A DNA stretch of 64,000 nucleotides, from contig NW_027139284.1 in NCBI RefSeq assembly GCF_035084215.1, positions 62,001-126,000 of the forward strand, in the 5' to 3' direction. Numbering within the stretch: position 1 is the first letter of the stretch; every line of letters begins with the position of its first letter. The notes beneath the pieces are model-generated. The model had not been told where the DNA came from. It was given only the letters and a program-made list of their open reading frames with translations, and did not search any database. The stretch is from Heptranchias perlo (lineage: Eukaryota). Below are positions 1 to 11,400 of the stretch, piece after piece. Position numbers and translations under genes: made by a program.

Positions 1-2321
1 TAATAACACTCACCGTGTTCACCAAACACAATCCCCGGGGGAGAGAGAGAGACACCGGGAGTGTGACACGACCCGGGGATAGATTAATAACACTCACCGT
101 GTTCACCAAACACAATCCCGGGGAGAGAGACAGACACCGGGAGTGTGTCACGACCCGGGGATAGATTAATAACACTCACCGTGTTCACCAAACACAATCC
201 CGGGGAGAGAGACAGACACCGGGAGTGTGTCACGACCCGGGGATAGATTAATAACACTCACCGTGTTCACCAAACACAATCCCGGGGAGAGAGAGACACC
301 GGGAGTGTGTCACGACCCGGGGATAGATTAATAACACTCACCGTGTTCACCAAACACAATCCCGGGGGGAGAGACAGACACCGGGAGTGTGTCACGACCC
401 GGGGATAGATTAATAACACTCACCGTGTTCACCAAACACAATCCCGGGGAGAGAGAGACAGACACCGGGAGTGTGTCACGACCCGGGGATAGATTAATAA
501 CACTCACCGTGTTCACCAAACACAATCCCGGGGAGAGAGACAGACACCGGGAGTGTGACACGACCCGGGGATAGATTAATAACACTCACCGTGTTCACCA
601 AACACAATCCCGGGGAGAGAGAGACAGACACCGGGAGTGTGTCACGACCCGGGGATAGATTAATAACACTCACCGTGTTCACCAAACACAATCCTGGGGA
701 GAGAGACAGACACCGGGAGTGTGTCACGACCCGGGGATAGATTAATAACACTCACTGTGTTCACCAAACACAATCCCGGGGAGAGAGAGAGACACCGGGA
801 GTGTGTCACGACCCGGGGATAGATTAATAACACTCACCGTGTTCACCAAACACAATCCCGGGGAGAGAGACAGACACCGGGAGTGTGTCACGACCCGGGG
901 ATAGATTAATAACACTCACCGTGTTCACCAAACACAATCCCGGGGAGAGAGAGACACCGGGAGTGTGTCACGACCCGGGGATAGATTAATAACACTCACC
1001 GTGTTCACCAAACACAATCCCGGGGGGAGAGACAGACACCGGGAGTGTGTCACGACCCGGGGATAGATTAATAACACTCACCGTGTTCACCAAACACAAT
1101 CCCGGGGAGAGAGAGACAGACACCGGGAGTGTGTCACGACCCGGGGATAGATTAATAACACTCACTGTGTTCACCAAACACAATCCTGGGGAGAGAGAGA
1201 GACACCGGGAGTGTGTCACGACCCGGGGATAGATTAATAACACTCACCGTGTTCACCAAACACAATCCCGGGGAGAGAGACAGACACCGGGAGTGTGTCA
1301 CGACCCGGGGATAGATTAATAACACTCACCGTGTTCACCAAACACAATCCCGGGGAGAGAGAGAGACACCGGGAGTGTGTCACGACCTGGGGGTAGATTA
1401 ATAACACTCACCGTGTTCACCAAACACAATCCCGGGGAGAGAGACAGACACCGGGAGTGTGTCACGACCCGGGGATAGATTAATAACACTCACCGTGTTC
1501 ACCAAACACAATCCCAGGGAGAGAGACAGACACCGGGAGTGTGTCACGACCCGGGGATAGATTAATAACACTCACCGTGTTCACCAAATACAATCCCGGG
1601 GTGAGAGACAGACACCGGGAGTGTGTCACGACCCGGGGATATATTAATCACACTCACCGTGTTCACCAAACACAATCCCGGGGGGAGAGACAGACACCGG
1701 GAGTGTGACACGACCCGGGGATAGATTAATAACACTCACCGTGTTCACCAAACACAATCCCGGGGAGAGAGAGACAGACACCGGGAGTGTGTCACGACCC
1801 GGGGATAGATTAATAACACTCACCGTGTTCACCAAACACAATCCCGGGGAGAGAGACAGACACCGGGAGTGTGTCACGACCCGGGGATCGATTAATCACA
1901 CTCACCGTGTTCACCAAACACAATCCCGGGGGAGAGACAGACACCGGGAGTGTGTCACGACCCGGGGATAGATTAATAACACTCACCGTGTTCACCAAAC
2001 ACAATCCCGGGGAGAGAGAGAGACACCGGGAGTGTGTCACGACCCGGGGATAGATTAATAACACTCACCGTGTTCACCAAACACAATCCCGGGGGAGAGA
2101 GAGACAGACACCGGGAGTGTGACACGACCTGGGGATAGAATAATAACACTCACCGTGTTCACCAAACACAATCCCGGGGAGAGAGAGACAGACACCGGGA
2201 GTGTGTCACGACCTGGGGATAGAATAATAAAACTCACCGTGTTCACCAAACACAATCCCGGGGAGAGAGAGACAGACACCGGGAGTGTGACACGACCTGG
2301 GGATAGAATAATAACACTCAC
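1..2321. repeat. ~82-bp minisatellite (~28 copies) containing a repeated minus-strand donor ACG|GTGAGT
   Basis: Unit taataacactcaccgtgttcaccaaacacaatcccggggagagagacagacaccgggagtgtgtcacgacccggggatagat; array ends at the donor of candidate exon 2322-2422. Confidence 0.95.
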
Positions 2322-2422
2322 TGTTTCCTCCAGAGCCTCTGTGACCTCAGGATCGAACGGACACACTTCTTTGCCAGTCACTGAGAACTGAACGGTTCCA
2401 CCAACACGTTTGTGATCGATAT
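2322..2422 (-). CDS. Candidate non-SRCR exon (101 nt)
   Basis: Acceptor atcttttcccgttactgcag|AT and donor ACA|GTGAGT. Open in phase 1 ([34 protein letters not shown]); in phase 0 it reads [14 protein letters not shown] then stop. Confidence 0.5.
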
Positions 2423-5400
2423 CTGCAGTAACGGGAAAAGATTCTTCGTGTGGACGTGACCAAGAGTTAAATAACCAGGTACAGAGCACACCAGCCTCGG
2501 GCTGGATCAAGCTGGACTGACCAGGAAGGGCTCAGCTTCCTTCCCTGATCCCAGGCGGGGCTGGCCGATGCTGGCGATCACAACTGGGCCTCAGTGCCCC
2601 GGGTTAGGGCGGAGAGGAAATCAGACGGAATTCCTGCTTCTGTTGGCCCAGATCTCCCCTCCCCTCCTCGTCTTCCAATAGTGGCCGTGGAACCTTTAAC
2701 ACCCACCTGTGAGGGCAGACGGGGCCTCGGTTTAACGTCTCATCCGAAAGACGGCACCTCCGACAGTGCAGCACTCCCTCAGTACTGGGACCGGGGAGTG
2801 TGGGCTTGGATTATGGGCTCGAGTCCTAGAGTATATCCATCTCCCTCCGACAGTGCAGCACTCCCTCAGTACTGGCACCGGGGAGTGTGGGCCTGGATTA
2901 TGGGCTCGAGTCCTAGAGTATATCCATCTCCCTCCGACAGTGCAGCACTCCCTCAGTACTGGGACCGGGGAGTGTGGGCCTGGATTATGGGCTCAAGTCC
3001 TAGAGTATATCCATCTACCTCCGACAGTGCAGCACTCCCTCAGTACTGGGACCGGGGAGTGTGGGCCTGGATTATGGGGCTCGAGTCCTAGAGTATATCC
3101 ATCTCCCTCCGACAGTGCAGCACTCCCTCAGTACTGGGACCGGGGAGTGTGGGCCTGGATTATGGACTCCACCCCACACCTCTAAACTCCATGTATGGTT
3201 TAGTCCATCATAAGAAGATGCGAAACAGGAGTAGGAGTAGGCCATTCGGCCCCTCGAGCCTGCTCCGCCATTCAATCAGATCATGGCTGATCTTTGACCT
3301 CAACTCCACTTTCCCGCCCGATCCCCATATCCCTTGATTCCCAGCCTGTTCAGTCGTTCCTGATAATCACACAGCACAGAAGGAGGCCACTCGACCCATC
3401 GTGGCCTGTGCCGGCTCTTTGAAAGATCTATCCAATTAATCCCACTCCCTCTTTCCCCCGTAACCCTGTGAATTTTTCCCCTTCGAGTATTTCTCCGATT
3501 CCCCTTTTGAAAGTTATTATTGAATCTGCTCCCACCGCCCTTTCAGGCAGTGAATTCCAGATCATCACAACTCGCTGTGTAAAATAATGTCTCCCCATCT
3601 CCCCCTCTGGCTCTTTTCCCGATAACCTTAAATCTGTGTCCTCTGGTTACTGACCCTCCTGCTACTGGAATCAGTTTCTCCTTATTTACTCTGTCAAAAA
3701 CCCTTCGTGATTTTGAACCCCTCGATCAAATCTCCACTTAACCTTCTCTGGTCTAAAGGGAACAATCCCAGATTCTCCAGTCTCTCCACATAACTGAAGT
3801 CCCCCATCCCTGGTCCCACACTGGTCAATCTCCCCTTAACCTTCTCTGGTCTAAAGGAGAACAATCCCAGATTCTCCAGTCTCTCCACATAACTGAAGTT
3901 ATAAGTTATAATCTCTCAGTTCTAGTAACATGCTTGTGAATGTTTTTTGCACCTTCTCCAGTGCCTCTATATCCTTTTTATAATATGGAGACCAGAACTG
4001 TGCACAGTGCTCCAAGTGTGGTCTAACCAAGGTATATGGAGACCAGAACTGTGCACAGTGCTCCAAGTGTGGTCTAACCAAGGTATATGGAGACCAGAAC
4101 TGTGCACAGTGCTCCAAGTGTGGTCTAACCCAGGTATATGGGGACCAGAACTGTTCACAGTGCTCCAAGTGCGGTCTAACCAAGGTATATGGAGACCAGA
4201 ACTGTGCACAGTGCTCCAAGTGCGGTCTAACCAAGGTATATGGAGACCAGAACTGTGCACAGTGCTCCAAGTGTGGTCTAACCAAGGTATATGGAGACCA
4301 GAACTGTGCACAGTGCTCCAAGTGTGGTCTAACCCAGGTATATGGAGACCAGAACTGTGCACAGTGCTCCAAGTGTGGTCTAACCAAGGTATATTGAGAC
4401 CAGAACTGTGCACAGTGCTCCAAGTGTGGTCTAACCAAGGTTCTATACAAGTTTAACATAACTTCCCTGCTTTTCAATTCTATCCCTCCAGAAATGAGCC
4501 CCAGTGCTTGATTTGCCTTTTTATGGCCTTATTAACCTGCGTCGTTACTTTTAGTGATTTGTGTATCTGTACCCCCAGATCCCTCTGCTCCTCTCCCCCA
4601 TTTAGACTCTTATTATCCCAGGAGGAGGTGACCTCCTTATTCCACCGATGGGAGCAGGTTCGGTGCGATGTTGGGACTCACTCCACTCCCAGCGAAAGCC
4701 AGTATTCGGAGGGAGGAGCACTGGTCTCCCGCTCGTCTCCCGGGGCTGCCCGGGGTTTGGGGGGACGCCCTGAGGGGGACGAGACGATTCATTTCACTGC
4801 TGTTCAACACACCTTCAGGGGCGAAGCACGTCTTCTGGGACCGAGACCTGATCGTTCCTGTAATAACGGGGAAAGAAAGAGGCGTTACAGAGTGTCCTTG
4901 GAGAATTGATGTTCAGTCAGCCACCGCCCCCGCCCGACACAGGGCAGGAAAGGCCCAGGATCCTTTCCCGGCCTGTGCAGAGTTTCCTGCTCTCCCACTC
5001 CTCGCCCCCAGGTTTGGTTCCGAGCCAGGGTTCCTGCTCCTAATGAGCTCTTACAAGCAGTGTGTTTATCTATGTGTGTGTGTGTCTCTCTCTCTGTACG
5101 TAACCCCCATAACCTTTGTACCCCATTGAAAATGGCCCCAATGTGAGGGACGGGGGTGTGGGGGGGAGAAGGGCTATCAGACTGTGGACCCATGATCACA
5201 GACTTGTGTCTTCTTCACAGAGAGACGGGCATGGAGTGGGGGGGGAGAGAAAGGAAAGAGGAACAGGAGGAGGCCCATTCAGCCCCTCGAGCCTGTTACT
5301 ATAGGAACAGGAGGAGGCCCATTCAGCCCCTCGAGCCTGTTACTATAGGAACAGGAGGAGGCCCATTCAGCCCCTCGAGCCTGTTACTATAGGAACAGGA

Positions 5401-8400
5401 GGAGGCCCATTCAGCCCCTCGAGCCTGTTACTATAGGAACAGGAGGAGGCCCATTCAGCCCCCTCGAGCCTGTTACTATAGAAACAGGAGGAGGCCCATT
5501 CAGCCCCTCGAGCCTGTTACTATAGGAACAGGAGGAGGCCCATTCAGCCCCTCGAGCCTGTTACTATAGGAACAGGAGGAGGCCCATTCAGCCCCTCGAG
5601 CCTGTTACTATAGGAACAGGAGGAGGCCCATTCAGCCCCTCGAGCCTGTTACCATAGGAACAGGAGGAGGCCCATTCAGCCCCTCGAGCCTGTTACTATA
5701 GGAACAGGAGGAGGCCCATTCAGCCCCTCGAGCCTGTTACTATAGGAACAGGAGGAGGCCCATTCAGCCCCGCGAGCCTGTTACGATAGGAACAGGAGGA
5801 GGCCATTCAGCCCCTCGAGCCTGCTCCACCATTCAGTCAGATCATGGCTGATCTGTGTCCTATCTCCATTTACCCTCCTTGGTTCCATGTCCCTCGATAC
5901 CCTTTACCCAACAAAAATCCATCGATCTCAGTCTTGAAAGCCCCAACTGACCCCCAGAATCCACAGCTTTTTGGGGGGAGAGAGTTCCAGATTCCCACTC
6001 CCCCTTTGTGTGAAGAAATGCTTCCTGACATCGCCCCTGAACGGGCCGAGCTCCAATTTTAAGATTCTGCCCCCTTGGTCTGGACTCCCCCCACCACCCA
6101 GAGGAAATAGTTTCTCTCTATCGACCCTGTAAAATCCTTTAATCATCTTAAACCCCTCGATTAGATCCCCCCTTAATCTTCGATACTCGAGGGAACACAA
6201 GTCTAGTCTGTGTGACCCGTCCTCGTAATTTAACCCTTTTAGAACGGGGATTAGAAGTGAGTTTTGTGGGGGCGGAGGGGGTGGGGACAGACACAGCAGG
6301 AAGGCCGATGGTTCTGTTAATGTGTCTCCTTTGTCAGCAGCTCTTTGTGACCAATGATTCACCCCCAGCCCAGGCCCGATGTCCCCAGTCTTTCTCAGGG
6401 AACCTCACAGGGCAAAACTGATACCAATTCCGGCCAGATTTGGAGGATGTGAAACACCAGCAACTCCCATTAATACAGTCCCTTTACCGCAGTGAAACAT
6501 CCCCAGGGAGCTTCACAGGAGCGATTATCAAACAGAATTTAACACCGAGCCACGTGAGGAGATATTGGGACAGGTGACCAAAAGCTCGGTCAAAGAGGGA
6601 GGTTTTAAGGAGCGTCTTAAAGGAGGAGAGAGAGAGGGGGAGAGTTCTAGGGAGGGAATTCCAGAGCTTAGGGCCCAGGCAGCTGAAGGCACGGCCGCCA
6701 ATGGTGGAGCGATTAAAATCGGGGGATGGACAAGAGGCCAGAATTGGAGGTGCGCAGAGATCTCGGAGGGTTGTAAGGGCTGGAGGAGATTATAGAGGTA
6801 GGGAGGGGGGCGAGGGCCATGGAGGGATTTGAACAGGAGGATGAGAATTGTCGAGGCTGGAGGAGGTTACAGAGATAGGGAGAGGGGTGAGGGCCATGGA
6901 GGGATTTGAACAGGAGGATGAGAATTGTAGGGGCTGGAGGAGGTTACAGAGATAGGGAGGGGGGCGAGGGCCATGGAGGGATTTGAACAGGAGGATGAGA
7001 ATTGTCGAGGCTGGAGGAGGTTACAGAGATAGAGAGAGGGGTGAGGGCCATGGAGGGATTTGAACAGGAGGATGAGAATTGTAGGGGCTGGAGGAGGTTA
7101 CAGAGATAGGGAGGGGGGCGAGGGCCATGGAGGGATTTGAACAGGAGGATGAGAATTTTAAAATCGAGGCGTTCCTGGGCTGAGAACCAGTGTAGGTCCA
7201 GTGTGTTACGACGCAGCTGCACAGCCATAGAATCGTATAATAATACAGCACAGAAAGAGGCCACTCGGCCCATCGAGACTGTGCCGATGAACTTACCATC
7301 CAATCAAAGACAGGGAGTTCCTTGCACTCCCATCAACCGAGCCACTCACCTGAGCAGGTAACTCCACTCACCTGAGCAGGTCACCCCACTCACCTGAGCA
7401 GGAAACTCCACTCACCTGAGCAGGTAACCCCACTCACCTGAGCAGGTAACTCCACTCACCTGAGCAGGTAACTCCAGCGTCCTGCCTGTGTCTGCAGTTA
7501 TTCACCCCCCATGGGTTGGCAGGGCACTGATCGAGGGCAGGCTCTGTCCCGTTACACCTCACATCATCCAACCAGATGGGCCCAGTCCCCTCTCCATATT
7601 GGGCGGCTCTTGTTCCTATCCCACAGTTCAACAGTCTGCAGACGACTCTCGCTGCATTTATATCCCAGCCATCACCGCAGACGGTCCCCCAGACAGAGTT
7701 ACGATAGACCTCAACTCTCCCGGAGCACATGTTCTTCCCGTTCACCAGACGCACGGGCACCGGACCTGGAATAGAGACGGGAACACGGTCAGACTGGTCT
7801 GGGATTACGGGGACTTTCACTGGGGTCATCGTCTGGACCTGGAATAGAGACGGGAACACGGTTAGACTGGTCTGGGATTACGGGGACTTTCACTGGGGTC
7901 ATCGTCTGGACATTTGGGCCCAGGTGTCAGTCTCCCCCCAATATTCACACTCACCTGAGCAGGTAGCAAAGGGATGCAGACAGGTTAAGTGAGTGGGCAA
8001 GAAGGTGGCAGATGGAGTATAATGTGGGGAAATATGAGGTTATTCACTTTGGTCGGAAGAATAGAAAAACAGAATATTTTGTAAATGGTGAGAAACTATT
8101 AAATGTTGGTGTTCAGAGGGATTTGGGTGTCCTGGTACACGAAACACAGAAAGTTAACATGCAGGTACAGCAAGTAATTCGGAAAGCAAATGGTATGTTG
8201 GCCTTTATTGCAAGGAGTACAAGAGTAAGGATGTCTTACTACAATTGTACAGGGATTTGGTGAGACCTCACCTAGAGTACTGTGTACAGTTTTGCTCTCC
8301 TTATCTAAGGAAAGATATACTTGCATTCGAGGCGGTGCAACGAAGGTTCACTAGATTGATTCCTGGGATGAGAGGGTTGTCCCATGAGGAGAGATTGAGT

Positions 8401-11400
8401 AGAATGGGCCGATACTCTCTGGAGTTTAGAAGAATGAGAGGTGATCTCATTGAAACATATCAGATTCTGAGGGGGCTTCACAGGGTAGATGCTGAGAGGC
8501 TGTTTCCCCTGGCTGGAGAGTCTAGAACTCGGGGGCATAGTCTCAGGATAAAGGGTGGGACATTCAAGACTGAGATGAGGAGGGATTTCTTCACTCAGAG
8601 GGTTGTGAATCTTTGGAATTCTCAACCCCAGAGGGCTGTGGATGCTCAATCGTTGAGTATATTCAAGACTGAGATGGAGAGATTTTTGGACTTCAGGGAA
8701 ATCGAAGGGATATGGGGATTGGGCGGGAAAGTGGAGTTGGTCGAAGATCGGCCATGATCTGATTGAATGGCGGAGCAGGCTCGAGGGGCCGAATGGCCCA
8801 CTCCTGCTCCGATTTCTTATGTACACTTGAGCAGGTAACCCCACTCACCTGAGCAGGTAACTCCACTCACCTGAGCAGGTAACCCCACTCACCTGAGCAG
8901 GTAACCCCACTCACCTGAGCAGGTAACCCCACTCACCTGAGCAGGTAACTCCACTCACCTGAGCAGGTAACTCCACTCACCTGAGCAGGTAACTCCAGCG
9001 TCCTGCCTGTGTGTGCAGTTATTCACCCCCCATGGGTTGGCAGGGCACTGATCGAGGGCAGGCTCTGTCCCGTTACACCTCACATCATCCAACCAGATGG
9101 GCCCAGTCCCCTCTCCATAGTAGGCGGCTCTTGTTCCTGACAGGGCCGTCCCACAGTTCAACAGTCTGCAGACGACACTCGCTGCAATTATATTCCAGCC
9201 ATTATCGCAGACGGTCCCCCAGACGGAGTTATGATTGACCTCAACTCTCCCAGAGCACATGTTGTTCCCGTTCACCAGACGCACGGGCACCGGACCTGGA
9301 ATAGAGACGGGAACACGGTTAGACTGGTCTGGGATTACGGGGACTTTCACTGGGGTCATCGTCTGGACCTGGAATAGAGACAGGAACACGGTTAGACTGG
9401 TCTGGGATTACGGGGACTTTCACTGGGGTCATCGTCTGGACATTTGGGCCCAGGTGTCAGTCTCCTCCCAATATCCCCACTCACCTGAACAGGTAACTCC
9501 ACTCACCTGATCAGTTAACCCCACTCACCTGAGCAGGTAACTCCAGCGTCCTGACTGTGTGTGCAGTTATTCACCCCCCATGGGTTGGCAGGGCACTGAT
9601 CGAGGGCAGGCTCTGTCCCGTTACACCTCACATCATCCAACCAGATGGGCCCAGTCCCCTCTCCATATTGGGCGGCTCTTGTTGCTGACAGGACCGTCCC
9701 ACAGTTCAACAGTCTGCAGACGACACTCGCTGCGTTTCTATCCCAGCCATTATCGCAGACACTCCCCCAGACGGAGTTACGATAGACCTCAACTCTCCCG
9801 GAGCACATGTTGTTCCCGTTCACCAGACGCACGGACACCGGACCTGGAATAGAGACGGGAACACGGTTAGACTGGTCTGGGATTACAGGGACTTTCACTG
9901 GGGTCATCGTCTGGACCTGGAATAGAGACGGGAACACGGTTAGACTGGTCTGGGATTACGGGGACTTTCACTGGGGTCATCGTCTGGACCTGGAATAGAG
10001 ACGGGAACACGGTCAGACTGGTCTGGGATTACGGGGACTTTCACTGGGGTCATCGTCTGGACCTGGAATAGAGACGGGAACACGGTCAGACTGGTCTGGG
10101 ATTACGGGGACTTTCACTGGGGTCATCGTCTGGACCTGGAATAGAGACGGGAACACGGTTAGACTGGTCTGGGATTACGGGGACTTTCACTGGGGTCATC
10201 ATCTGGACATTTGGGCCCAGGTGTCAGTCTCCCCCCAATATCCCCACTCACCTGAGCAGGTAACCCCACTCACCTGAGCAGGTAACTCCAGCGTCCTGAC
10301 TGTGTGTGCAGTTATTCACCCCCCATGGGTTGGCAGGGCACTGATCAAGGGCAGGCTCTGTCCCGTTACACCTCACATCATCCAACCAGATGGGCCCAGT
10401 CCCCTTTCCATAGTAGGCGGCTCTTGTTGCTGACAGGGCCGTCCCACAGTTCAACAGTCTGCAGACGACACCTGCTCCTTTAATGTCCCAGCCATTATCG
10501 CAGACGGTCCCCCAGACGGAGTTACGATAGACCTCAACTCTCCCGGAGCACATGTTGCTCCCGTTCACCAGACGCACGGGCACCGGACCTGGAATAGAGA
10601 CGGGAATACGGTTAGACTGGTCTGGGATTACAGGGACTTTCACTGGGGACATCGTCTGGACATTTGGGCCCAGGTGTCAGTCTCCTCCCAATATCCCCAC
10701 TCATCTGAACAGGTAACTCCACTCACCTGAGCAGGTAGCAAAGGGATATAGACAGGTTAAGTGAGTGGGCAAGAAGGTGGCAGATGGAGTATAATGTGGG
10801 GAAATGTGAGGTTATTCACTTTGGTAGGAAGAATAGAAAAACAGAATATTTTGTAAATGGTGAGAAACTATTAAATGTTGGTGTTCAGAGGGATTTGGGT
10901 GTCCTGGTACATGAAACACAGAAAGTTAACATGCAGGTACAGCAAGTGATTAGGAAAGCAAATAGTATGTTGGCCTTTATTGCAAGGAGGTTGGAGTACA
11001 AGAGTAAGAAAGTCTTACTGCAATTGTAAGGAATCTTACAACACCAGGTTATAGTCCAACAATTTTATTTTAAAATCACAAGCTATCGGAGACTATCTCC
11101 TTCGTCAGGTGAGTGAGTGAATGAGAGGTTCTCAAATCGCATATCTTATATTAGGCTGGGACACCATCACACCAATCAAAGGTGTCGTTGGTGTTCAGAC
11201 AGGATAGCCACGGAAAACAGTAGGTCCCAGTATACTGAATACACATTGTGTCAAATTACACAGACAGAGAGAAAGAGACCCTAAAGGCAGAGAGAGAGAG
11301 AGAATTTCCAGTTGTATTAAAAACAGATAACTTTTTTTTCCCTGCTGGTGGGGTTACGTGTAGCGTGACATGGACCCAAGATCCCGGTTGAGGCCGTCCT

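Noticed and set aside
328-2391. ORFs in the 82-bp array
   Set aside because: Frame-shifting minisatellite translations.
7345-7460. 22-bp unit as a hammerhead relic (ctcacctgagcagg resembles ctcacctgacgaagg)
   Set aside because: It lacks the GAAA box and stem II, and is fully explained as the antisense of the VTCSG exon end plus donor.
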